DNA of 49,787 bases, the filler included, from Stramenopiles sp. TOSAG23-3 (Eukaryota): the NCBI GenBank assembly GCA_900128585.1. It is 4 parts of 4 records of this genome, joined end to end, with 100 filler letters (N's around TTAATTAATTAA, not from the genome) between each part and the next. Parts side by side here need not be neighbours in the genome. Positions count along the whole stretch, not along the records: positions 22,911 to 45,592 come from LT642327.1; 3 more parts are not named here. The stretch is one strand, 5' to 3'. Below the pieces are notes generated by a model. The model did no database searches. It worked only from the letters and a program-made list of their open reading frames with translations, and was not told where the DNA came from. This document shows positions 31,702-43,110 of the stretch, piece by piece; position 1 is the first letter of the stretch; each line of letters begins with the position of its first letter. Both the position numbers and the translations under genes were made by a program.

Positions 31702-33966
31702 ATGACGGAGCATGTGGAACAGAGGTTAATGAGCCAGCAGAATAGGAATAGGGTGTCTCTGGCTCTGGAAGCGCTCGAATCGTTGGATAGTCTGATGCCG
31801 TTGCTTAGCCGTATGCCAAATTTGACGGAGCTTGACCTGCATGGAAATAAGTTGAAGGAGCTGCCGAAAGACCTATCTGGGCTTCGAAAGCTAACGACGT
31901 TGAATATTAAGCACAACGCGTTCACCCACCTAGGATCTGTTCTCAACTCCCTGCAAACGCTGCCGTGCCTTCGAGAGCTGCACGCGGACGCAACTACGGA
32001 CGACGAGGAAGAACGGATCATCATTGGGCTGCCAAGCATGGCTATTTTTAATGGAACAAACCTCCTTGGGGACGACGACATGGTGCTACCCTCTTCGTAT
32101 ACCAGCGCCCCGCCCCAGAAGGAGGCGGTGGCCAGTACCCCCCCTATTCCGACCCAGAAAGCGCCCGTGGCGCCAGGGCCTCCTCCCCCGCCACCCCCTG
32201 CCCCCCCGAGGAATTCTCAGAACAATAGTGCTCCTGCCCACACGGCCCCATCCAAGACAAGTGCAGGGCGCAGCGGTCCGTTGCAGAACGACTTCAACGA
32301 AGCGAAGAGCGTTTTCGACGAACTTAAAGGGCTCCGATCGACCATGTCAAGAAGCGAAAGCGCTCGCTTGTCTGGCGTGTTCGACGGCCACGCGCAAAAA
32401 ACTGAAAACGATTTGGATGTAAACTTAAGCAACACGCACGATGCGTTCCAGCGAACGTTGGAGATTACCAAGGCGAAGCAGAGTCTGTACGACCTTTGCT
32501 TTCAGGAGGCCATCAACTTTGCGACGACGGAGAACCCGGCATTTGCCACGGCCCTGAGAAAGATCAGGCTCCAAGTGCAAAATTCCTTCGCAGAGAGTGG
32601 GAACCTGGTCAACGCCATGCACAGCCATTACATGGACCGATTGAGTGAATCGAACGCCCAAATCGCGCGAGCGGAGAAGGAGAATTCGTTGCTTCTACAG
32701 GCAGCGGAAGCGCTAGAGCAAGAGATGTTTCAGAAGAATCAGGAGCAAGCCCGAATGATGAGCGAGCTTGAGCGCGGCAAGCAGCTGTCGTCGAAAGCGG
32801 AAGCTCGGAAACAGGAAGCGCGCGGCACCGGGAGCGCGAGGAAGCACCAGCAGGCACGGCAGCAGCCTGCCAGCACCAGCGGGCAGTACGGCCAGCAACA
32901 GCAGCAGGCTCTGCGTCGCCATAGCAAACTGGGGCCATCGATGCAAACGCTGCCGTCATCTTTTCGCACGGGCCCTCCTCCCGCGCCGGGGGCCACCCCT
33001 GGGGGCGGTGCCTTCGGTCCCAGCCTCGGCCCCCCGCGGAGCGCCGAAAAGTCGACGAAGATACGAATTTTGTCCTTGAAGCAATTAAAAGAAAATTTTA
33101 TTGACCTGATTTACGAGTCCAAGGAAAAGTTCGACAAGAAGTGCGCCAAGAACCACCTGCCAAGAGAAACTATGGAGCAGCATATGTACACGTTTCTAAA
33201 CCAGCGGTACGGGTTGAAATCCCTAATCATTGAGCACGCCAGTGCTGTCATCAAGGGGGTAAACAAATATAGTGAGTTGGACAACGATGTTGCAGTTTTT
33301 GGTAAAATTTTGAGAAACGAGATTGACGAGGAATTTCGGTTTGTACAAAAGCAATTAAAGGAAACCGTCGTTGAGCTTCTTCGGGTGTACTTGAAAGGGA
33401 AGATGCCCATGAAGACCGACGCGTCTATCAACCGAGTCCTTGAGTCCAGGCTGAAAGGGAACGTAGAAGAAGAGGAGTGGGTCGATATTATCAAGTATAT
33501 GTACAATCACGAAGATGGTTTGAGCTTGATGGTCCTTGTCAAAGACTCCATCCGCGATTTGCCTGTTCCACAAGTCAAAGTTAAGTTTAGGAACAACATC
33601 CCGACCCGTCGCCGAGGAAGCATCGTAGCAATGCAAAACGAACAGGCTGCCCTGGCTCGATCAGGCAGAATCCCATACCGCATGTTTCTGAAAGTTCTTC
33701 TCGATTTTCAACTGAAAGGGCATGACAAATTCCTTGGACGATTTCGGCGAATGTTTCGTGACGTGGACGCCGATCGCAACGGTGTTCTGAGCGAGAATGA
33801 ATTTCGTCAATTCGTTCTCAAGATCGATCCAAACAAGAGCTTGGGTGAAATGGATGAGATAATGAATACCATCGACCCATGGAGCAATAGTAACATTACC
33901 TTCAGTGAGGCCGTTGGTGTTCTAGCCAGCGATCTGGTTGCCATGATGACAGTCCGTAGAGAGTAG
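31702..33966 (+). CDS. LRR + Pro-rich + coiled-coil + conserved helical domain + EF-hand protein (probably flagellar)
   Basis: LTELDLHGNKLKELP LRRs; ETMEQHMYTFLNQRYGLK block; EF-hand DADRNGVLSENEF; first ATG at 31702. Confidence 0.8.
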   Translation: MTEHVEQRLMSQQNRNRVSLALEALESLDSLMPLLSRMPNLTELDLHGNKLKELPKDLSGLRKLTTLNIKHNAFTHLGSVLNSLQTLPCLRELHADATTDDEEERIIIGLPSMAIFNGTNLLGDDDMVLPSSYTSAPPQKEAVASTPPIPTQKAPVAPGPPPPPPPAPPRNSQNNSAPAHTAPSKTSAGRSGPLQNDFNEAKSVFDELKGLRSTMSRSESARLSGVFDGHAQKTENDLDVNLSNTHDAFQRTLEITKAKQSLYDLCFQEAINFATTENPAFATALRKIRLQVQNSFAESGNLVNAMHSHYMDRLSESNAQIARAEKENSLLLQAAEALEQEMFQKNQEQARMMSELERGKQLSSKAEARKQEARGTGSARKHQQARQQPASTSGQYGQQQQQALRRHSKLGPSMQTLPSSFRTGPPPAPGATPGGGAFGPSLGPPRSAEKSTKIRILSLKQLKENFIDLIYESKEKFDKKCAKNHLPRETMEQHMYTFLNQRYGLKSLIIEHASAVIKGVNKYSELDNDVAVFGKILRNEIDEEFRFVQKQLKETVVELLRVYLKGKMPMKTDASINRVLESRLKGNVEEEEWVDIIKYMYNHEDGLSLMVLVKDSIRDLPVPQVKVKFRNNIPTRRRGSIVAMQNEQAALARSGRIPYRMFLKVLLDFQLKGHDKFLGRFRRMFRDVDADRNGVLSENEFRQFVLKIDPNKSLGEMDEIMNTIDPWSNSNITFSEAVGVLASDLVAMMTVRRE

Positions 33967-34056
33967 GAAAGAAAAATCCTTTGACGAAAGTACAAAGAAA
34001 TCGTAAGATTAAAAAATATTAAATTTAAAGTAAGCATTAATAGGGTGTTTTTATTT

Positions 34057-34190
34057 TTAATTACTTAAATAACAGCCAAATTTCTTGTTTTAATTACTTT
34101 AAAATATATCAGCCAATTTTTTGTTTTTATTTTAAATAACAGCCAATTTTCTTGAGTAAAAAATAACAGCCAATTTTCTTGTTTTTTTTA
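34057..34190 (+). repeat. Four tandem copies of the AAATAACAGCCAATTTTCTTG unit
   Basis: Same unit as in the arms of the 21811-22738 element on the other contig. Confidence 0.85.
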
Positions 34191-34654
34191 AACAAAACAT
34201 TTGTACAAAAGTTGAGTGCAAATTTCATCTCAGCAGGTCAGCAGGGCTCCTCCTCCCAATTATCACCGCAAACATAGTCGGCGCTCTGTGCCTCTATTTT
34301 GTCGACCTACAAAAAATACAGGCAATAGCATACCATCATCACTTTCCCGATTTGATTTTTCGGATGATTTTTTTTTATTTTATTTGTTGTTGGGGTATTT
34401 TTATTTTTTTTTTTACCACCTACCTACCTACCGACCCCACACGTCGTTGTATTTTATTATAATATAATAACGGCTTTTTTCTTTTTGATTTTCATAGGGC
34501 ACATTACATTTTCATTCTTATTCTACAGCTATCGCAAAGAAAAATGTGTACTTGCTTGTGTTTTTCACGATCATGGTCAAATTATCAGGCTCGATATTTT
34601 GCATTCATCTCTCCTAACCGTAGCGTTGTGCGCGGTGCATAGTTTTCGTCGAAG

Positions 34655-35740
34655 ATGTCGTCAGCTAAACCGGAAGTAGAACTGGTATCGGACGTTCGGC
34701 TGTTGCACCGAGGGGACTCGGCCTCTTCGGACCAAATGCTCCCGTTAAAGATGGTGTCGACGGGGGATACTGTGGAGCAGATCAAGGTGCGGATTGAAAA
34801 GGATTATGGATTCAGTACTGCTCATCAGCAATTGCTGTACAACGGAGATATTATGGACGATGAGGAGCCTTTGACGCATTACGGGGTAAAAACCAACACG
34901 TTCAATTACGCCCTGTTCGAATTGAGATTGCTAGACGAGCCGCTCCCAAAAAAAGGGAAAGGCAAAGAGGAACCATCGGGGGGGAAAAAATCGTTGTGGC
35001 AGAAGGCCAAGAACATGACCATGAAATCTGGATCTAGAAAAGACGAATTGTACATACCAAAGAAGCTCGATGAGCGCCTGTGGATTCCAGTTGCTGGGAT
35101 TTTGCCCATTAAGCCGCCCGTGCGCAGGAGCATGGCTGCTGGCACGAAAGGGGTTTTACGCTTTATGGACGAGTACAAAGGGCACGCGGGGGTTCAACAA
35201 GAGTGCTGCTTTGGCATAATAACACTTGCGGAACTGACGGAAGAAGGGGTCATTTTTAAGAAGCGGCTGTTTGACGAGGGGGTCATTCCAAGGGTAGCGA
35301 CTGCCCTGGCACGGTATAAATCGCATTTGGGGGTGCAAAAGCAAGGCTTGGGGGTTTTCCATTACATGATCTGTGACAACAACATGGAGTGCGTTGACTC
35401 AATTGTCAACCGCAAAGGTCACCAACTGGCCTGCGCTGCTGCGCAGCTAGCGTCTTCCACAATGATGAAAATTCCAGCTGAAGATAGAAAAGAATCAACA
35501 GGGATGACGTGTGGCGATATCATAGAGACAAGCGCGGGAATCCTGCGCCAAATCTGCTCCATGTCGAACCGGGCGCATGTTGAAACGTCAGGCAGCGGGG
35601 GACAGGCAATTTTTTCAAGTGCGCTGAAGGATGTCGACGGGCTTTTGCAGAAAGACAGTGTTGTGCAGGAAGTTGAAATGTTTTTGAAAGTTATCAAAGG
35701 TAAGCCGCCAAAAGCAGCGAAGGGGAAGAAGAGCAAGTGA
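34655..35740 (+). CDS. Ubiquitin-like domain + armadillo-like repeat protein
   Basis: DTVEQIKVRIEKDYG...QQLLYNGDIMDDEEPLTHYGV (UBL); HAGVQQECC and HLGVQKQGL ARM-like repeats. Confidence 0.75.
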   Translation: MSSAKPEVELVSDVRLLHRGDSASSDQMLPLKMVSTGDTVEQIKVRIEKDYGFSTAHQQLLYNGDIMDDEEPLTHYGVKTNTFNYALFELRLLDEPLPKKGKGKEEPSGGKKSLWQKAKNMTMKSGSRKDELYIPKKLDERLWIPVAGILPIKPPVRRSMAAGTKGVLRFMDEYKGHAGVQQECCFGIITLAELTEEGVIFKKRLFDEGVIPRVATALARYKSHLGVQKQGLGVFHYMICDNNMECVDSIVNRKGHQLACAAAQLASSTMMKIPAEDRKESTGMTCGDIIETSAGILRQICSMSNRAHVETSGSGGQAIFSSALKDVDGLLQKDSVVQEVEMFLKVIKGKPPKAAKGKKSK

Positions 35741-36112
35741 AGCCTCGTAACGGGGTCATCCGCTGGTGCATTTTGTACACGTGGAAGAGAGAGAGAGACT
35801 CGAATTGGGTAGGGTGCACGCACGGGTTGAAATAAATTGCACACTTTTTTACCTCCTCAGCCTCTCAGTGGCTGGGAAAAATTGACTTGGGGCTTGGGAT
35901 GAAAAAAAAAGTTTTACATGGACCAAGAAAAATTTAACTGTATCTAATTCTTTAATTTTAAAAACAGCCGTATAATTAATACAGGGCAACAGAATCAAAA
36001 AACTAAACAATGTTTTTTCCTATTTGGCCTTTTTGATCAATTTTCCCGCCTCGATCAGGCTGCTATTACGCAGGCAACAAAGACGGGGAAATTACACGGG
36101 GGGAGCAGTCGT

Positions 36113-37468
<1,356 letters not shown>

Positions 37469-38353
37469 TTAAAGGTTTTTTAATTTACTTCCTTTTTTTG
37501 TTTTGGGTTAATTTTTTTCGTTGCTACTTGCCAATTCTTAGTTTTACTTTCCATCTAGTCCATTACCAAAGTCACCTTCCTTTGAAGGATACTGTGCGTG
37601 TTACAGTCTACGTAGTCCAGTAAGGCAGAGTTAAAGTTTGTTGTTTTTGTTTTTCTCCCCTATATCTCCCTGTTCGCCTGTTCCATTGCTTAAATTTTCT
37701 ACATGCATTTTTACTTTTTTGTTGGGATGATGTATAATATAGAAATAGCATACAAAAAAAATTAAGTTCGTCTCGGGGGTATTGGAAGAAGATAATTTTT
37801 TCTAGTCTCTAATGATATTTCTATGTAAAACAAATTTAAATTTTTAATTTTAGATATAATAATAATAAAATAATAATAATATAATAATACGTGTACAATG
37901 AATGTATTAAGTCTTTATACTTTTTTTTGCTTTCTTCTACATTCTTCTATGGTATTTTTATGTACATAAAATATTTACGTTATAACGAACGGTCTAGAAT
38001 ATTTTTAAAGTAGAAACAGGTACATACCATACATACCATATAAAGACCCCGCCATTTGGTCCAACTTGGGCTTTTTATTTAAGTTTTAGTGGCAGCTGTT
38101 CCCTCCACAATGATAAAAATAGAAAAATAGGTTACAATAATATTATGCAGGGATTGTAACCACTGAAATACTACGTATAATTGTATACTAAGATTCCATA
38201 TTGTTTCTTTGCATCACAACTTTGAAATGTTAGTATTCTAATAAAATATAAGTACAGTATTAATTCTGATTTTACTGTGGATAATAAAATTTTGCGCAAA
38301 AAAAAATTATGTTAGACTATTATATTATTATTTTTAATTTAAGAAGAGCCTAC

Positions 38354-38354
<1 letters not shown>

Positions 38355-38384
<30 letters not shown>

Positions 38385-38420
38385 AAGAAGAAGAAGAAGA
38401 AGAAGAAGAAGAAGAAGAAG
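38355..38420. repeat. (GAA)n microsatellite
   Basis: Perfect gaa trinucleotide run; further purine tracts to about 38700. Confidence 0.95.
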
Positions 38421-38882
38421 GCGAATAATTATAACGCACATGTCCTCGCTCGTATCCCCTTCTTATTCCCATAATAATAGCTGTTGTTGTTATCACAGCC
38501 AAAAAAAAAATGCGGAAGAAGAAGAAAAAAATATAGAATAATAATTTAGAATAAGCAAGGAGGAGGAGGAGGAGGAGGAGGAAGAAAAAAAAAAGAAAAG
38601 AAAAGAAGAAAGGGAAATTACAAAAAAGAAAGAAAGGGGAGAAGAGAAAGAGAAGAAGAGAATAAATATGATGAACACAACCAGAAACTAAGAAGAAGAA
38701 AATCAAACGGTAAATAAACGCACAACAGAAATTGTTTAAAAACTTAATTTGTGCTCGTCTTGTATACTAACTAAGGCTTGTTCTTAAATTAATAGACACA
38801 CATTTACACTCGTACAAATACTGCGGCAGAAGAATGCCGTGCCTCGGGTAGAACAACGTACACACGTCCTTTTGAATATTTC

Positions 38883-38966
38883 CTGTTTGTATACGGTGCG
38901 TGCGAACTGTTATCGTTGACTTCGCTGTTTGTATACGGTGCGTGCGAACTGTTATCGTTGACTTCG
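38883..38966. repeat. Perfect 42-bp tandem duplication
   Basis: ctgtttgtatacggtgcgtgcgaactgttatcgttgacttcg x2. Confidence 0.95.
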
Positions 38967-39066
38967 CCAACCGTAGGGTGCAGAAATTTTTGTGTTGGTA
39001 TTGTTTTAGGAATTTTTCTGTCCTCTGTACCCAGTTCAATTTTGTAGATATTCGTTGTTTTTTCCC

Positions 39067-39261
39067 ATGGGGTACTTAGACGAGAACCCTGGGATTTTTG
39101 CGCTTGTTGTAGTTCTCATTTTTGGCTTCGTTATGGCCGTCTGTTTCTGCGCTCTCTACCATGCGACAAACAAAACATCCTTGACTAGCACAGGTGCGTC
39201 TCGCAAATACACGGTGAGCAGTAGGGCAGTTATCCCTGTGAATTACGACCTTGGCGCCTAA
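39067..39261 (+). CDS. Small single-pass membrane protein (64 aa), hypothetical
   Basis: ATG at 39067; one long hydrophobic segment GIFALVVVLIFGFVMAVCFCALY; coding-like GC content. Confidence 0.4.
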   Translation: MGYLDENPGIFALVVVLIFGFVMAVCFCALYHATNKTSLTSTGASRKYTVSSRAVIPVNYDLGA

Positions 39262-39606
39262 ATGTGCAATTTGGGAATGCTCTCTACTACGCCCTCGCCC
39301 CGTACTCTTTCTGAGACGTATGATGAAACGAAAAAAGGGACACTGTAAACGCGCGCGTAAGAACTTGGCTCTTGTGTGTATAAAAACAAAATATATAATG
39401 ACGATGTTATTTCGAAGGTATCCAAAGTTAAACCCAAAATATATAGTATGTTGGTATCCAAAGTTATATGAATACTCCGTTGATAATAAGTACTTTTAAG
39501 GCTTACGATAAACTAAGAAGTAATTAAGAAAGTTCTTGCGATTACTAGAGTACCCCTCAGCACGAATTAAAACTCGCCTCTTCCTCTTCTTCTCTCCCTC
39601 TCTTCT

Positions 39607-40326
39607 CTAGGTCTCGAGGGCAACGTCTTCCGCTTTCACCACGGCTTCGGAGCCTTTCCTTTCCTCGGACGACTCTCCTCCTGATGTTCCAAAAATTAGG
39701 TGTTCCAAGGCTTTCAAATCTTTAGGTGAATTCTCAGTACCTCCCAGAAATGACTTAAAGTTCTCGTCCATCATGGACCGTTGATCCTTTGCAGCGCTTG
39801 GTCTATTGTGGGACGCATCGTTTGCGATGCGCTTGACTTCCTTGCGAAAGTTATCATTGCCGCTTCCGTACAGAATGTCTGTAAACATGGAATTGAAACT
39901 GGACAGCAACCTTTTCAGAAACCCCAAAGCAATGTTTTTCATCTCGTTTTTCTCGTGGGAATCCGGCCATTTCGAAATATTCACAAACAAAATCGCAAGA
40001 ACGTTCCGGTCGTCGAGGACCAGCATTTCCATCGTCACGCCTCCTCCGGCCTTCCCTGGTTCTTGATTTCCGAACCGAACGCTCTGCAGGCTGTTGGGGT
40101 GGTTCTCGATAGAACCAGCAAACTGGTAGAACGTTTTGATCAGTGCATCCACTCCATCAGTACTGTCTGAACCTATCCAATTATAGACTCGTTCAAATAG
40201 AGATAGTTTCGCCAACTTATCCATTATGACAATGCGCATTATGGATTTATGAAATTGTACAAGCCGACGGTTGCCGTCTATTGCGTCACCCTCCGTTGCC
40301 GCCAAAATTGGCCCCACCACGCTCAT
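39607..40326 (-). CDS. Longin-like domain protein, hypothetical
   Basis: RIVIMDKLAKLSLFERVYNW beta-hairpin, helix ALIKTFYQFAGSI, strands VLAILFV, helix FLKRLLSSFNSMF fit longin topology; first ATG at 40326. Confidence 0.6.
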   Translation of the reverse strand: MSVVGPILAATEGDAIDGNRRLVQFHKSIMRIVIMDKLAKLSLFERVYNWIGSDSTDGVDALIKTFYQFAGSIENHPNSLQSVRFGNQEPGKAGGGVTMEMLVLDDRNVLAILFVNISKWPDSHEKNEMKNIALGFLKRLLSSFNSMFTDILYGSGNDNFRKEVKRIANDASHNRPSAAKDQRSMMDENFKSFLGGTENSPKDLKALEHLIFGTSGGESSEERKGSEAVVKAEDVALET

Positions 40327-41167
40327 CTTCGCTACGTCTATCAATCAATGGCACTAATGCAAAAGTACCAAACCTAATTAAATGCCTGGATAAAAGCAAT
40401 AAGCACAAACGTGAATAAACATAGTATTCGTTTGTTCCATCTATTATTGCAAAAGATTACGTTATACTATAAGAAAAAAGATAATCATGCATCATGGTAT
40501 ATATTGCTTGCGTGGAGGCAAGTATTATTATTTCTCTTCTTCTTCTTCTTTTCTTCTTTCTTCTTACTCTCTACTACTCTCCTCCTTTTTACCATCATCC
40601 ATCGTAGATAATATATTATAATTTAATACTTGGTATAATAAAATATGATAAGATGATTATTAAATATAATAAAAAATAAAAAAATAAAAAAATAATAAAA
40701 ACAACACCTTGAATATTATAATAAGGAGGCAAGAAGCGGAGGAGGAGAGGGATGAGCTCCTCTAAATCTAATGGTGGTGTGGTGATATTAATATTATGCT
40801 CAGGGTTCCTGTTTCTGATTTCTCATTCTACCTTTAAATCTCGTCTCGTATTATTGCATATTATTATAACAGCATTTTTTTTTTATCTTTTTTTTTTCTT
40901 CTTTTTTTTTTCGTCGTACTACTATTATACCAAGTACAACGAATTATTTCATACAATTTTATCTCATCACGACGGACGACTACTTTTAACGGTATGTAAA
41001 TACATGGACGAATCGATTTATTTGTTCCATCGTTTTCAATCCGGTATTTTTTATCTTGTTGTACGAAAATATTTTTAGAAAGTAGTGTAAACAAGTCTTG
41101 TGTAGCGGGTAAGCGATTTGGGCGAGATCTTGAAGTGTCCGTGGGGTTGAGGAAGTGGACGGAGACC

Positions 41168-42661
41168 ATGACCAGCGAAACTCCTTACCAAGACGGGTTC
41201 CCTGGAAGCACTTTTGCGCGCTCTGGGGAGCGCAATCTAGCTTGCGTGAAGCACATTGACGACATGCTTCCGCATGTGCGTGTGCGCAAAGAGAGCACGA
41301 TTTCGTTCGTTATTTATTTGTTATATTTTCCGGTTGGGTTCCTTCTTGCCCTGGTACGATTGGTCATAGCACTTCCCCTCGTCGGTGCCGTTTCCTGCTG
41401 CGTCCCGAGCTGCTGGAGAACCGCGTTTACAAGGTTCGCAGTGTTTGTGTTCTTCGGGGTGTGGGTTAAGGTCTCTGGTTCTCCGGATAAGAATGCAAGA
41501 GTCTGGGCGGCAAACCATACTTCTGAGATGGATGCGATGGCCATTCGAGCGGTGGGGAACCCATTTATTCTGGGCTACTCCTTCTATTTGAAGCTTTGGT
41601 GGCTAAAATGCAGCCCGTTGTCCCTTTTAAACATGGTTTACGTTCCGCAGCAAAGCAGGAGCCAGGGGAACAACAAGGCCAGGGATAATGTTCGAAGCGT
41701 GGTTCAAAATTTAATAGACAACGAGACAAGCCCAATCCTAGTCTTTCCCGAAGGCGGCTTGGCGTCCGGAAGAACTGCACTGCTCCAATATCACAAGTTT
41801 ATGTTCTCTTTAGGCGTCCCAGTGCAGCCGATAATGATTAAACTCTCTAGGCCGCTACCGATAAACGTTAACTGTGAACGGGAAGGCACCACATTTTTTG
41901 ACAACGTTTTCTGGTTTGTGTTCTTGCCTTTCCAATCTTTTCATCTGACGTTTCTCGATTCAGTTTCAAAAGAGGACGACGAAGGTGTATTGACATTTAC
42001 CCAGCGTGTACAATACTTGACGGCAAAAGCCATGGGCGTTAAGGCCTCCCCATTTTTGTACCGTGATAAAATTAAGTGGTTGAAAGTGAAGCACAAATTC
42101 ATGCGAGAAGAGTGCAATTTACAGTTCTTGGTGGATGAGGAACAGGCGACCGTAGCTGTTTCTAACAAAAGCTTAGATACGGGCCGGAAGAAAAACAGCA
42201 AAGTTCGTCCGAGCATGGATACGGTGAGAGCCCGCCTCCTCGAAGACATCCGAGAGCAATGGAACATGTCACACCCTGAGTTTCATCACCCTGTTTTTCT
42301 AAAAGACAATGTGGACGATCTCGAAGACACTCTTGGGGATAACCCGGGCGGCCCCAAAGATACTCCTGGGAACAGCGTAGTTCAGAAAACTATGTTTGTG
42401 TTTGACCTGAAACCGGTGGGAGTCGACACGGACTTGCAAGAGCTTGCGCTAGCAATGAAGAGGCTAACTTTTGAGGGATTGATAAATTGGGGGGTTGAGC
42501 ACCAATTGATTGACGTGGCATTTGGAATACAAAAACTGCGAATATCTGTAATTGTGGAAGACAGAGTAAGTCTGAATGACCTTGAAGATTTGATGAATGG
42601 CGATGGGAGGGGTGATGAACATATCCAAAGCATCGATGTATTTACCATGTCAAACGTGTGA
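41168..42661 (+). CDS. AUP1/LPCAT-like acyltransferase fused to a C-terminal eEF1B (EF1_GNE) domain
   Basis: LLYFPVGFLLALVRL hairpin, NHTSEMD (HX4D), VFPEG; C-terminal FDLKP...DTDL...EGLINWG...VAFGIQKLRI...HIQSIDV. Confidence 0.85.
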   Translation: MTSETPYQDGFPGSTFARSGERNLACVKHIDDMLPHVRVRKESTISFVIYLLYFPVGFLLALVRLVIALPLVGAVSCCVPSCWRTAFTRFAVFVFFGVWVKVSGSPDKNARVWAANHTSEMDAMAIRAVGNPFILGYSFYLKLWWLKCSPLSLLNMVYVPQQSRSQGNNKARDNVRSVVQNLIDNETSPILVFPEGGLASGRTALLQYHKFMFSLGVPVQPIMIKLSRPLPINVNCEREGTTFFDNVFWFVFLPFQSFHLTFLDSVSKEDDEGVLTFTQRVQYLTAKAMGVKASPFLYRDKIKWLKVKHKFMREECNLQFLVDEEQATVAVSNKSLDTGRKKNSKVRPSMDTVRARLLEDIREQWNMSHPEFHHPVFLKDNVDDLEDTLGDNPGGPKDTPGNSVVQKTMFVFDLKPVGVDTDLQELALAMKRLTFEGLINWGVEHQLIDVAFGIQKLRISVIVEDRVSLNDLEDLMNGDGRGDEHIQSIDVFTMSNV

Positions 42662-43110
42662 GATCAAGATTTTTTTAATTTCAGAAATACCATCTGAAAG
42701 CAGACTATGATTATCAAAAAACAAATTAAATAGCATTATTTGATATCATATATGAAAAAACAAATTATTATATGTATTTATGCTTTAAGACTCTCATTTT
42801 GAATCAATTACCCTGGTACTATTTCAGTTCCAACCCTAATCCTATCTTGATGTTTTAATTTGATTTTTTAATTTCGTTTCGTCGTTGATTGTCAATCACT
42901 GAGGAATTATTTTTATTCCAATGAGAAGAATTACTACCGAACTTAACAAACCGATCCAATCCCCAGTCGAAGTCCCTGATAAGTTCATCCACCAAATATG
43001 ATATCTATATATATATATATATATGTATGTTTTTTTTAACGACACCTCAACCCACAAATGACAATTCCTTTGACTGGTTTACAAGACAGAAAACGAGCAC
43101 CTCGCTAGGA

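Noticed and set aside
34057-34190. CRISPR-like array
   Set aside because: Repeats are degenerate, spacers are short, AT-only and irregular, there are no cas genes, and the context is eukaryotic
39036-39043. AAAATTGA (Mimivirus early promoter) on the minus strand before ORF 38767-39039
   Set aside because: Single 8-mer in an AT-rich genome; the ORF lacks an ATG start and any recognisable homology
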